From the NCBI RefSeq assembly GCF_009914755.1, contig NC_060925.1: a stretch of 64,000 nucleotides of DNA; one strand, 5' to 3'. The notes beneath the pieces are model-generated. The model was not told where the DNA came from. It searched no databases and worked only from the letters and a program-made list of their open reading frames with translations. This document shows, in pieces, positions 27,328 through 40,808 of this stretch; the first letter of the stretch is position 1; each line of letters opens with the position of its first letter. A program made the position numbers and the translations under genes. The stretch is from the human T2T-CHM13v2.0 reference genome, Homo sapiens.

Positions 27328-30245
27328 AGAGGCAGGTCAAGATGGTAAAATATAAGGTTACACCAATTGTCTCCTCTGCAAGCACACCAATTTAACAACT
27401 TTCCACGCACAAAAATAAACACCTTCATAAGAACCAAAAAAATCAGGTGAGCACTCACAGTACCTGATTTTAACTTCATATCACTGAAAGAGACACTGAA
27501 GAGGTTGGAAAAACAGTGTTGAATTACCAGTGCCACCCCTCCCCACATCCCCTGGCAGTGGCAACGTGGTGCAGAGAGCATTTCTGTGAAGCAGGAGAGG
27601 GAGTGCGCAGCAACTGAGAAGCACTGAACTCAGTGCTGCCCCATTATAGCAGAAAGCAAAACCAGAACAACTCAGCTGATGCTCACTCACAGAGGGAGAA
27701 TTTAAACCAGCCGTAGCCAGAGGGGAATCACTGATCCCAGCAGTCATTTTTTTCTTTTTTTTTGAGGTGGAGTCTCGCTCTGTAGCCTAGGCTGGTGTGC
27801 AGTGGCGTGATCTCAGCTCACTGCATCTATGCCTTCCAGGTTCAAGCTATTCTCCTGCGTCAGCCTCCTGAGTAGCTGGGATTACTCTCCACCACGCCCG
27901 GCTAATTTTTTGTATTTTTAGCAGAGATGGGGTTTCTCCATGTTGGGCAGGCTGGTCTCGAACTCCTGACCTCAGGTGATCTGCCCTCCTTGGCCTCCCA
28001 AAGTGCTGGGATTACAGGCATGAGCCACCGCGTCTAGCCGATCCCAGCAGTCTTAACTTGAGTTCCCACAAACCTTGTCACCTTGGGCTAAAGGGACCTG
28101 GGCCCCTAAATAAACTTGAAAGGCAGTCTAGGCAACAAGGACTGCAACTCCTATGTGAACCCTAGTGCTGAACTGGGCCCAGAACCAGTGAACTTGGGGG
28201 GACACATGACCTACTGAGATACCAGCTGGGGCAGCTAAGGGAGTGCAGGTATCACCCCTTCCCAAACCCCAGGCTGCATAGCTTGTGCCTCCAAAAGAGA
28301 CCTCTTCCTTCTGCTTGAGGAGAGGAGAGGGGAGAACTTTGTTTTGCATCTTGGATACCAGCTCAGCCACAGTAAGATAGGGCACTGGTCAGAGTCATGA
28401 GGCCCCCATTCCAGACTCCAGCTACCAGATGACATTTCTAGACATGCCCTAGGCCAGAAAGAAACACACTGTCTTGAAGAGAAGGACTCTGTCATGGCAA
28501 GATTCATCACCCGCTAACTGAAGAGCCTTTGGGCCCTGAATAACTAGCAGTAATACTAACAGACTGCACTGAGGGCCTTGAATGAGACACTGAGACTTGC
28601 TGGCTTCAAGTGAGATTCAGCATGTTCCCAGCTGTGATGGCTATGGGGCAACATTCCTTCTGCTTCAGAAAAGGAGAGGGAAAAGTAAAGGAGACTTTGT
28701 CTTGCACCTTAGATACTAGCTCAGCCACTGGGGGGGTAGAGCATCAAGCAGGCCCTTGAGGTCCCCGATTCCAGAACTTGGCTCTTGGATGGCATTTCTG
28801 GACCTGCTCTGGGCCAGAGTGGAGCCCACTCCCACTGGGATTCCCTGAAGGGTGAATCCCAGGCCAGGCAGCAATGACCGGAAGCTGACTTAGCTCTTGG
28901 ACCTTAAGGGAAGATCAGCGGTAGTCTGGCAGTGCTCCCCTGTGTTCTGGTGGTGGCAGTGGCCATGGGGTGAGGCTCCTCTGCCTTTGGAAAGGGGAAG
29001 GAATAGTAGGAAGAACTATGTCTTGTGATTTGAGTGCCAGATCAGCCACAGTACAATAGAACTCCAGGTCGACTTCTAAGGTTTTTTACTTTAGTTCTTA
29101 GCTCCTGGATGGCACCTCTGAACCTGCCTGGGCACTGAGGGAACTGATGCCAGGGAAAAGGCACAGACATGGCTGGGTTTGCCACCTGCTAATTGTAGAG
29201 CCCCAGGCCTTGAGGGAATGTAGGTGGTAGCCAGGGAGTGGTTACAGTAGGCCTTGGGTGAAACCCAGTGCTGTTCTGGCTTCAAGTCTGATCCAGCACA
29301 GTCCTAGTGGTGGTGGCCCTAGAAGTACTGGTGTCACTTTATCCCCAGCTCCAGATGGCTCAAAACAGAGAGAGAGAGATTTTGGTTCTTAAGGAGAAAA
29401 TGAAGAGAGCAAAGTCTCTGCCTAGTAATCCAGAGAATTCATCCATACCTTGTCCAAGACCACCAAGTTGGGACCTCTATTAGTCTACAAGAACCACAGT
29501 GTTACTGGCCTTGGGACACCCCCTAAAGCAGATACAGTTTAGATCACAACACCTAAGTCCTTTTGAATATCTGGAAAGCCTTCCCAGGAAGGCTAGGTAC
29601 AAACAAGCACAGACTATGAAGACCAGACAGACACAGACAAACATCTGCAAGTATCAAGACCATCCAGGAAAAAAACGACCTCACAAAATGAACTAAATAA
29701 GGCACCAAGGACCAATTTTGGAGAAAGAGAAATAGGTGTCCTTTCAGACAGAGAATTCAAAATAGCTGTTTTGAGGAAACTCAAAGAAATCCAAGATAAC
29801 ACAGAGAAGGAATTCAGAATTCCATCAGATAAATTTAACAAAGACTGAAATAATTAAAAAGGATTACACAGAAATTCTAGAGCTGAAAAACACAACTGGC
29901 ATAACGAATAATGCATCAGAGTGTTTTAATGGCAGAACTGATCAAGCAGAAGAGAAAATTAGTGAGCTTGAAGACATGCTATTTGAACATACACACTCAC
30001 AGGAGACAAAAGAAAAAAAGAAAAAAACAATGAAGCATGCCTACATGATCTAGAAAATAGCATCAAAAGGGAAAAATCTAAGAGTTATTAGCCTTAAAGG
30101 AGAGGTAGAGAAACAGATATCAGTAGAAAGTTTACTTGAAGGGATAATAACTGAGAACTTCTAAAACCTAGAGAAAGATATTAATATCAAAGTATAAGAA
30201 AAATATAGAAGACCAAGCAGATTTAACTCAAAGAAGACTACCTCA
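27328..30245 (+). mobile_element. L1MA1-3/L1M1-type 5' UTR (with ~350-bp internal repeats) and ORF1 5' part
   Basis: GGCAGGTCAAGATGG start; repeated CTTTGT.TTGCA.CTT.GATAC.AGCTCAGCCAC blocks; ORF1 coiled-coil coding remnant 29690-30245. Confidence 0.85.
27747..28039 (-). mobile_element. AluSx-like inserted in L1 5' UTR
   Basis: Full Alu; exact 13-bp TSD GATCCCAGCAGTC at 27733-27745 and 28040-28052. Confidence 0.96.
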
Positions 30246-32830
30246 AAGGGTTCAACTCAACAAGAACAGCTCACTGTCCTAAATATTTATGCACCCAATA
30301 CAGGAGCACCCAGATTCATAAAGCAAATTCTTAGAGACCTACAAAGAGACTTAGACTCCCACACAATAAGAGTGGGAGGCTTTAACACCCCTCTGACAAT
30401 ATTAGACAGATCATCGAGACAAAAAATTAACAAAGATATTCAGGACCTGAGCTCAGCTCTGGATCAAGGGGACCTAATAGATATCTACAGAACTCTCCAC
30501 CCTAAAACGACGGAATATACATTCTTCTCATTGCCACACAACACTTTCTCTAAAATTGATCACATCATAGGAAGTAAAACACTGCTCAGCAAATGCAAAA
30601 GAGCTGAAATCATAACAAACAGTCTCTCAGACCACAGCGCAATCAAATTAGAACTCAGGATTAAGAAATCCACTCAAAACCACACAACTACATGGAAATT
30701 GAACAATTTGCTCCTGAATGACTCTTGGGTAAATCATGAAATTAAGGCAGAAATCACGAAGTTCTTTGAAACTGAAGAAAACAAAGACAACATACCAGGA
30801 TTTCTGGGATGCAGCTAAAGCAGTGTTTAGAGGGAAATTTCTAACACAAAATGCCCACATGAAAAATCTAGAAATGTCTCAAGTTAACAACCTAACATCT
30901 CAAATAAAAGAACTAGAGAACCAAGAGCAAACAAACCCCAAAGCTAGTAGAAGACAAGAAATAATGAAGATCAGAGCCAAACTGAAGGAGATAAAGACAT
31001 GAAAAACTCTTAAAAAAATCAACAAATCCAGGAGCTAGTGTTTTGAAGAAATTAATAAAATAGACAACTAGCTAAGCTAATAAAGAAAGAGAGAAAAATC
31101 AAATAAACAAAACACAATCAGAAATGATAACAGAGATATCACCACTGACCCTACAGAGATACAAACAAACATCAAAGAATATTATAAACACCTCTCTGCA
31201 CATAAACTAGAAAATCTAAAAGAAATGAACAGTGTTCTGGACAAATACACCCTCCCAAGACTGAACCAGGAAGAAATTGAATCCCTGAATAGACCAAAAA
31301 TGTGCTCTGAAATTGAGGCAATAATGGCCTACCAACCAAAAAAAAACCTCAGACCCAGACAAATTCACAGCTGAATTCTACCAAAGGTAGAATTCAAAGA
31401 GAAGGTGGTACCATTTCCACTGAAACTATTCCAAAAAATTGAAAGGGAAAGGAATAGAAGGAACTTTTTGGAACACATCAAAAAAATTGAAGAGGAGGGA
31501 CTCTTCCCTAATTCATTGTATGAGGCCAGCATCATCCTGATACCAAAACCTGACGGAAATACAACAAAAAAGAAAAACTTCAGGCCAATATCCCTGATGA
31601 ACATAATGCAAAAATCCTTAAGAAAATACTGGCAAACTGAATCCAGCAGCACATCAAAAAGCTTATCCACCATGATCAAGTTGGATTGATCCCCGGGATG
31701 CAAGTTTGGTTTGACACACAAAAATCAATAAATGTGTTTCATCTCAAAAACAGAAATATAGACAACAACCACATGATTATCTCAATAGATGCAGAAAAGG
31801 CCTTTGATAAAATTCAATATCCCTTTATGTTAAAAACTCTCAATAAACTGGGTATTGGGGGAACATATCTCAAAATAATAAGAGCCATATATGAAAACCC
31901 ACAGCGAATATCATACTGAATAGGCAAAAGCTGGCAGCATTCCTCTTGAAAACTGGCACAAGACAAGGATGCCCTCTCTCACCACTCCTATTCAACATAG
32001 TATTGGAAGTCCTGCCCAGGGCAATCAGGCAAGAGGAGGAAGTAAAGTGTATTCGAATAGAAAGAGAAGTCAAATTATATTTGTTTGCAGATTACATGAT
32101 CCTATATCTAGAAAACTCCATAGTCTCAGCCCCAAAGTATCTTAAGCTGCTAAACAACTTCAGCAAAGTCTCAGGATATAAAATCAATGTGTAAAAATCG
32201 CTAGCATTCCTATACACCACCAACAAGCAAGCAGAGAGCCAAATCATAAATGAACTCCCATTCACAATTGCTACAAAAAGAATAAAATACCTAGGAATAC
32301 ATCTAACAAGGAAAGTGAAGGACCTCTTCAAGGGGAGCTACAAACCACTACTCAGAGAAATCAGAGAGTATACAACAAATGGAGAAACATTCCATGCTCA
32401 TGGACAGGAGGAATCAATATTATGAAAATAGCCATACTGCCCAAAGCAATTTATAGATTCAATGATGTTCCCATTAAGTTACCACTGACATTCTTCACAG
32501 AATTAGAAACAACTATTTTAAAATTCATATGGAACTTAAGAAAAGCCAGAATAGACAAGTCAATCCTAAGCAAAAAGAACAAAGCTGGAGGCATCATGCT
32601 ATCTGACTTCAAACTATACTACAAGGCTACAGTAAACAAAACAGCATGGTACAGGTACAAAAATGGACACATAGACCAATGGAATAGAATAGAAAACTGA
32701 AAAATAATGCCATATACCTACAGCCATCTGATCTTCTGCAAACCTGACAAAAACAAACAATGGGGAAAGGGTTTCCTACTTAATAAATGGTGCTAGGAGA
32801 ACTGGCTAGCCATAGGCAGAAAATTGAAAT
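30246..32830 (+). mobile_element. Primate L1 (L1PA/L1P-type) ORF2 segment, EN to post-RT, frameshifted
   Basis: Remnants [69 protein letters not shown]. Confidence 0.92.
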
Positions 32831-32831
32831 T

Positions 32832-33782
32832 GATTTCATTTTTATATAGGGTTGGAGGTCTAGTTTCATTCTCCTGCATATGGACACCCAGCTTTCACTG
32901 CACCATTTATTGAAGAGACTCTCTTTTCCCTAGTATTTGTTCTCGGCAGTTTTGTCAAAAATTAGTTGGCTGTAAATATGTGGATTAATTTCTGGGTTCT
33001 CTCTTCTGTTCCATTAGTCTTTGCATCTGTTTTTATGCCAGTACCATGCTGTTTAGGTTATTATAGCTTTCTAGTATATTTTGAGGTCTGGTAGTATGAT
33101 GCCTCAAGCTTTGTTCTTTTTGCTCAGGATTGATTTGGCTCTTCAGGGTCTTTTGTGGTTCCATTTGAGTTTTAAGATTTTTTTTCTATTACTGTGAAGA
33201 ATGTCATTCATACTTTGATAAGGATTGCATCAAATCTGTAGATTGCTTTGGATAGTATTGTCATTTTAACAATATTAGTTTTTCTGATCCATTAGCATGG
33301 GATGTCTTTACATTTCTTTTCTTCAATTTCTTTCATCAGTATTTTGTAGTTTTCCTTGTAGAGGTCTTTCACTTCTTTTTTTATTATTATTATACTTTAA
33401 GTTTTAGGGTACATGTGCACAATGTGCAGGTTTGTTACATATGTATACATGTGCCATGTTGGTGTGCTGCACCCATTAACTCGTCATTTACATTAGGTAT
33501 ATCTCCTGGATCTTTCACCTCTTTAGTTAAATTTGTTCCTAAGTATTTTATTTTATTTTATTTTTTGTAGCTATTGTAAATAAGATTGCCTTTTAAATTT
33601 CTTTTTCAGCTAGTTTATTGTTAGTGAATAAAAATACTACTGATTTTTATATATTAATTTTGTATCCTGCAACTTTACTGAATATCAGTTCTAAGAGGTT
33701 TTCTGCTAGAGTCTTTTGGTTTTGCTATATATAAGATTATGTCATCTGCAAACAGACAATTTGACTTTCTCCTTTCCAGTTT
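32832..33782 (-). mobile_element. Inverted 5' segment of an L1MA-type element (ORF2 RT to C-terminal region)
   Basis: Reverse complement reads GTCAAATTGTCTGTTTGCAGATGACATAATC...CATATGCAGGAGAATGAAACTAGACC. Confidence 0.88.
33376..33507 (-). mobile_element. Young, severely 5'-truncated L1PA (PA4-6-like) 3' end, ~130 bp
   Basis: TTATTATTATACTTTAAGTTTTAGGGTACATGTGCACAATGTGCAGG...CATTAGGTATATCTCCT; TSD GGTCTTTCACTTCTTT / GATCTTTCACCTCTTT. Confidence 0.92.
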
Positions 33783-35365
33783 GTATACTAGAAGAAAACA
33801 TAGGGAAACACTTCAGGACACTGGTCTAGGAAAATATTTTATGAATACGACCTCAAAAGCACAGGCTGAAATAAACAAATGGGATTATGTCAAACTAACA
33901 ACCTTCCACACAGCAAAGAAAACGATCATTAACGGAGTGAAAAGACAGCCTACTGAATGGGAGAAAAATATTTGCAAGCTACTCATTCAACAGGGGATTA
34001 ATATTCAGAATATGCAAGGAACTCAAACATCTTTTTTTTCCTTGATGGAGTCTTGCTCTGTCACCCAGGCTGGAGTGGAGCAGTGTCACCATCTTAGCTC
34101 ACTGCAACCTCTGCTTTCTGGGTTCAAATGATTCTCGTGCCTCAGCCTCCCAGATAGCTGGGATTACAAGCATGCACCACCTGGCCCGGCTAATTTTATA
34201 TTTTTAGTAGAGATGGGGTTTCACCAAGTTGGCCAGGCTGGTCTTGAACTCTTGACCTCAGGTGATCCGCCTGCTTCATCCTCCCAAAGTGCTGGGATTA
34301 CAGGTGTGAGCCACTGCACCTGGCCATGGAACTCAAACATCTCAACAACAAAAAAACAAACAATCTGATTTTAAAATAGGCAAATGATCTGAACAGATGT
34401 TTCTCAAAACAAGACATACAAATGATCAAAATACATGAAAAAATCCTCAACATCATTGATGTTTCAGGGAAATGCAAATCAAAACCATAATGAGATGTTA
34501 TCTTACCCCACGCAGGATGGCTATTATCAAAAAGACAAAAAAAAATTGCTGCTGAGGATGCAGAGTAAAGGAAACTCTTATACACTGTTGATGGAAATGT
34601 AAACTAGTATAGTCACTATGGTGAACAGTATGGAAGTGCCTCAAAGAACTACAAATATTACTATCACAGGATCCAACAATCCCACTACTGGCCATTTATC
34701 TAAAGGAAAGGAAAGCAAGTATCCAAGAAATACCTGTGCCCACAACTTCATTGCAGCACTACTCACAATATCCAAATAAGGAATCAATCCAGGTGTCCAA
34801 CAACAGACAAGTGGATAACAAAAATGTGATACATATACACAATGGAATACTATTCAAGTGTAAAAAAGAATGAAATCCTCTTATTCATGGCAACATGGGT
34901 GGAACTGGAGGATATTATGTTAGGTGAAATAAGCCAGGAATAGAAAGTAACACTGCATATTCTCACTGATTTGTGGAAATGAAAAAATATTGATCTCAAA
35001 GAAATAAAAAGCAGAACAGGGGATACTAAAGGCTGGGAAGAGCAAGAAGAAGGGAGAGATAGAGAGAGATTAGTTAAAGGATATAAAATTGCAGCTAGAT
35101 AGGAGGAATAAGTTCTAGTGTTCTATAACACTGCAGGATGATGATAACATATTATATAGACTCAAATAGCTAGGAAGAGAATATTGAATGTTCCTAACAC
35201 AAATAAATGATAAATGTTTGAGATGGAAGATATAATTACTCTGATCTTTTCGTTATATATTATATGTGTTGAAACATCACTACATACCCCCTGAATATAT
35301 ACAATTGTTATTTTTCAATTAAAAATAAAAATAAAAAAGACGTGCAAAAAATAAATAAAAAAAGA
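33783..35365 (+). mobile_element. L1MA-type ORF2 3' end, 3' UTR and A-rich tail
   Basis: TACTAGAAGAAAACATAGGGAAAC...; GCTAGATAGGAGGAATAAGTTCTAGTGTTCTATA L1MA 3' UTR motif; A-rich tail ~35320-35363. Confidence 0.9.
34033..34325 (-). mobile_element. AluSx-like
   Basis: Full Alu; 15-bp TSD GGAACTCAAACATCT at 34018-34032 and 34328-34342. Confidence 0.96.
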
Positions 35366-36268
35366 ATAGCCAAAATCCAGAACAACACCAAAAGCAGGTA
35401 AATATATGGAACAAGATATGGAACAACATGAACTTTCATTCATTGCTTATAAGAATGCAACATTATATAGACATTTGGAAGACACTTTGGCATTGTTTTA
35501 CAAAACTAATCCTACCATACAATGCAACAATAATACTCCTTTGTATTTTACCCAAAGGAATTGAAAGCTTATGTTTTCAATCCTTTACACAAAAACCTGC
35601 ACACAACGTTTTTAGCAGCCTTATTCATAATTGCCAAAACTTGGAATCAAAAGATGTCCTTCAATAGGTCAACAGATAGATAAACTGTGGTTCATCCAGA
35701 CAATGGAATATTATTGAGCACAAAAAAGAAGTGAACGATCAAACATTGAAATGATATGGAGGAAACTTAAAAGCACGTTATTCAGTGAAAGAAGCCAATC
35801 TGGAAAAGCTACATACAGCATGATTCTAACTATATACGACATTCTGGAAAAGGCAACACTATGGAGACAGTAATAATGTCAGTGGTTTCTAGGAGTGAGG
35901 GTAGAGCAAGGGATGAATAGATGGAGCACAGAGAATTATTAAGGCAGTAATCTTTATGGTACTATAATGAAGGATATATATCATTATACATTTGCCCAAA
36001 CTCATGGAATGTCCAATACCAAGAGTGAACCCTAGTGTAAACTATGGACCTTGGGTGATTATGATGTGTCAGTGTAGGTTCATCAACTGTAACAAATATA
36101 TGACCCTGTGGGGGATGTTGATCACAGGGGAGGCTATTTATGCATGTGTGGGGGCAGAGACATATGAGAAATCTCTATACCTTCTTTTCAATTTTGCTAT
36201 GTACCTAAAATTGTTCTTGAAAAAATCCTTTAAGGCAAAAAATAAATTTAAAAAAATAGAATAAAAAA
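35366..36268 (+). mobile_element. L1MC1/2-like 3' end (end of host element)
   Basis: CCAAGAGTGAACCCTAGTGTAAACTATGGAC...TGCATGTGTGGGGGCAG...CAATTTTGCTATGTACCTAAAA, A-rich tail. Confidence 0.88.
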
Positions 36269-37004
36269 CTCCTAAACCAAATTTATTCAGATTTCTATTT
36301 TATAACATTTACCTTAAATCCTCTGTAGAAAAACTAAGAATATACATTAATAAATAATTCTCATCTCTTCCTCTGGCTTCTCTAATTTCTTATCACTTAG
36401 ATATTTCCTTCAGATGTCATTTTATTCACATGCCTTCTTAGGCTCTGTTTATCTCTCATATAAAATCATTGATTAATAATTTGTGCACATATGTAGAAGG
36501 GAAGGGAGGTCTTTTCTTCTTCCTCCTATCACAACCTCTAATTTTTGCATGTAGATTTTGTTTGGCTTGTAGATGTTACTTAAGAAGAGCAAATCTACTG
36601 TGATAACTGCTACCCCATATCATACATTACTTCTTTCTATTCGTGGTCTTAACTTTGTTGGTGAGAACTCTATTTTATGTTTTCTGTATTTCTCTTTTCT
36701 TTTGCCTACTTTACTCTGCAATATGCCATATTTTACCTTGTGGGCATGAGTTCCAAACAAAATTCTTCCTGGATGACTGTGTGGGTACCCTACCTAAAAG
36801 CAATTAGTTATTGCAACCCAAATTACCAACACAATATAACTGGATCATGCTAATTTTTGGTTTAGTACTTTACTGTAGGTTATTGAAGCTGTTTGGCATT
36901 TTAATTTTTCAAAATGCTTCAGGAGGTTTTTGATCACTTTATAATAAAACTTTATTAAGCAAGATACACATATAACATTATTTTACAAAAGAGCTGAGAC
37001 ACTG

Positions 37005-37195
37005 GCATGTGGTTTGGTATAAGAGTGAAGGCCATGGCCTCTGAAATGGGACTACTTGGGTTTGAGCTCTAGCTTTTTCACTTAACTACTATGTGAGCTT
37101 GAATAAATTACTTAATCCTTCTGTATTTCAGTTATTGATCTTGTTTTGTAATCTGTAAAATGGGCATTAAAATAGTACTTTTAGCTCATAGATTG
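37005..37195 (+). mobile_element. MIR
   Basis: CACTTAACTACTATGTGAGCTTGAATAAATTACTTAATCC...ATCTGTAAAATGGG. Confidence 0.7.
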
Positions 37196-38699
37196 ATGCA
37201 TATGTATTATTACTTTGGTGATTTTTAATTGTCATAATAAAACAGTCAAAACTAGTCTGTAGTAAACTTGTACATAATTACATTTAATTGCTCTATCTTC
37301 TTGCCTCATGGCTCTTTGTTGTTGAATTTCCATTATCCAGAGAGAGCTGTCCCTTGCTCTCTCGCTCTTTACTTGGACTTTGGAGAACAACAACAAAAAG
37401 CTACCATGTGTAAAATGAAGCTAAAAAGAAGTTGATGATTTAAATAAATGAGCATGTTTCTTATAAAATTCAGGAAGGATAAAGAACTCCACTCAGTTCA
37501 TTAACCAGTTACTAAATGGTGTTTGCATTATCCACATGAATACTAAATGAATTCATTATGATATGTGCTATTACAGTGAATAGCAAATGAACTCATAACT
37601 ATGGGCTCCATAAAAATATTCCTAATGGAGAAGTTATGCATTGTCAAGCTGCTTTCTAGAGTAACTGGGGCTTATATTGAAATGGGCAAAATAAATAATA
37701 TGAGGCACAACACTGGTTAGTTGGAGTTATTTTAGTAGGTTCTTTAGAACTGAAAATACAGTTTATGTCTTGATAAAATGTCAGTGGCCTCAGATCACTC
37801 CATTATTTGTTTATGTCCTTTATTACTGATGGCTGATGTCTAGCTTTGTCTGTGATTCAAAGACAAAGATACAATTATATGCAGCTGGTCAACAGGAAAG
37901 CTTTGGTCTGTGATAAGACAGACTATGTGAAAAAGTCTTGAAGAGTTTGCAACCTTTTCTGCTCAGAGACTATCCAAAGAAATGGTTAGCACACTTCATC
38001 AATCTCAGGTCAGTTGCTATACATAAAATCCAGTGAACCCCCTCATCTGCCAACTTTTTCTCAGTATAAGAATAAAATAATTTTTAGAATTAACAGCATG
38101 ATTGGTGTACCCTTGAAGTAATATCTGGATTTTATTGACCATCATAAATAGATTATGAAATCATGGCAGCAACAAAAGCACAGATGGTGTCTTATAAACC
38201 TGCAAACTACAAGTGATGAGCCCTAAGACGAGTCAGAGGGCACTCGTGGGCCATCAGTGGTCTAGAAACCACACTACACACTATGATAACCTCTCATTTA
38301 AATGCAGAATTAATTTCTTAGGAAAAAAATGACACAGCATCTTGGTTTCATGGTAAAATTAAAATACTTCCTGTGCTGAATTTTCAAGAATCACCAGTTT
38401 TATAAGTAATCCTAATCTATGGATTACATTTGAGCCTATGAAAGTAAAATTTAGCAAGAAGTATAAACAGTAGAAATAGAAAGTAAAACTTCACTAATGT
38501 AAGCAGTTTAACAATTCAGATAACATTACTTGCAGGCCCACAATGCCCAAGGCATTATGGGGAATGCACAAATAAGACTGTATTAGACTTCCAGAAATTT
38601 TTAATGTAGTCTATCATGTACCTATTTAAACATGATATACATTAAACTGGAATAAGACTTAGAACCAATATACACATATGCAGTGTGAATAATAGCAGC

Positions 38700-38880
38700 A
38701 AAATAATAGCAAACATGTACATAACACTTTCTATGTGCCAGGAACTGTTTTAAGTAAGCACTGTACATAAATTTATTCATTTAGTACCCACAATAAGCCT
38801 GTGCTGTGGGCCCTATTATTATCTCCAATTTACATGAGAGGATACTGAGCTGCAGATGGTTAAGTAACTCAGAGGTAGGT
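38700..38880 (-). mobile_element. MIR
   Basis: CTATGTGCCAGGAACTGTTTTAAG...CTATTATTATCTCCAATTTACA. Confidence 0.75.
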
Positions 38881-39771
38881 AACTGACCACAACATTGTCA
38901 TGCTTTACTTCCATGATGGAGGGTTGTTGCTGAGAAGCAGCTGCTGCATGTAGAGAATGATGAGATTGTAGAAGAGGGGAGAGCCACAAGATTCATGATA
39001 CCGTGAGAAAGAATTTTTGCAGATTAGAGAGATCATGGAGCCTAGAGAAGGATTTTCCAAAAAAGGGTTTTTTTTTTTTTTTTTTTGGTTTGACAATTAG
39101 AACATCATGGTGTTTTTAAGTAAGTGGCACGTGGAAGTAGTAGGACATGGAAGTTATTTCCAGATTGTTTCTAGTTAAGGAAATACGAGGGCATAAAAAA
39201 TTAAAGATAGTTTTTGAAACCTTTTTTTTTTTTAAGAAGTTTGGTCTTGAGTGCCAAGGGAGTAGGGATGAAATTAGTTTTCGGGTATTAAAAAAGTAGA
39301 AGGAGTTTTACAAAATAAGCATGAAGTAGATTTAAGAGTGATCATCAGAGAAGAGTCAATGGAGGGAGAGAGACTGAAGATAAAATCATCCTCTATGAAA
39401 TCATATGCATACCTTCTAAGCTACTGTTAGCAGAGAAAATTGATAAAAAATACAGCTCTTTGGTTAATTACATTGGCTGGATATCACCATTTTGTGAGGG
39501 TCCATATGGTTTGTGGGTCATCTTCCCAGCTCAGAGTCTTCAGATGGTCAAAGGATCAACTTTATTTTTTGTTATGATCCACAGAGGAAAGGAAAAGAGA
39601 TAATGACCAAGACAAAGAAAGAAGTGAACCCGGGGAGAACCTTCAGGGAATCTAAGAGAAGAGTTTTTTTAAGTTTTTCAATGTGTAGACCATTTTAATA
39701 TCGTGTCAATGTTTCCTGAAGAAGTTGTTGGCGGTCTTTAAGATTCCTGGACTTTCACCAAAGAGAGTCTT

Positions 39772-39773
<2 letters not shown>

Positions 39774-39820
<47 letters not shown>
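39774..39820. repeat. (CA)n microsatellite, ~23 units
   Basis: Direct reading. Confidence 0.98.
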
Positions 39821-39822
<2 letters not shown>

Positions 39823-40044
39823 CTCCAATCAATATCATAGAACACAAGAGTTGTAGTTTCAATTTCCTCTATTACTTAAATATATTATATGTATTATGGT
39901 TCAAGTACGTTTGATTATTCTTAACTTTGTGAAAACATGGCATTAGAGACTAACTTAATAATGACACATTTCAGGAATGAGAAAGCTTCTAACACAGCAC
40001 CTAGTAAAATGTTAAATGAATTAAACACAATTAAATGAGATTTG

Positions 40045-40200
40045 ACACGCATTATCTCATTTAACATTCACAAGAATCCTGTGAAGCAGATGTTATTATC
40101 CTGTCTTATAGTTGAGGAAACATGTTAATGGCATGCCTAAAATAACAGAGGGGTAAGAGGAAAAGCATGGTCTTGAATGGATTCTACATAACCTACTAGT
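40045..40200 (-). mobile_element. MIR
   Basis: CATTATCTCATTTAACATTCACAAGAATCCTGTGAAG...TTGAGGAAAC. Confidence 0.7.
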
Positions 40201-40480
40201 ATTTTCTTATGCATTACATTTGTTTCATTTGTACTTAAAATTGAAAGTGTAAGGCAAGTATAAACTTCAAGGTGCTATTAAAAATTGTATTTTTTAGTGT
40301 AATGATGTCTGAAAATTGTTCACAAGTATTTTACTATGGCTTACACCTCAGCAGAAACAGCTCTCAGCACTTTCAAAGTGGGACTATTTTATACAGCCTA
40401 AAAATGCTCTCCAATAAGGCTTCTTAGTAGCAACTCCGCTGACAACCTCTTGAATGTAATGTTAAGTAAGACAGAATCTA

Positions 40481-40808
<328 letters not shown>

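Noticed and set aside
28160-29330. Three ~350-bp diverged repeats
   Set aside because: Internal monomer structure of the L1MA/L1M1-type 5' UTR.
30372-32700. ORFs with endonuclease and reverse-transcriptase motifs
   Set aside because: Frameshifted L1 ORF2 remnants; not an intact or novel RT system.
35403-35426. ATATGGAACAA tandem duplication
   Set aside because: Ordinary short slippage duplication inside L1.
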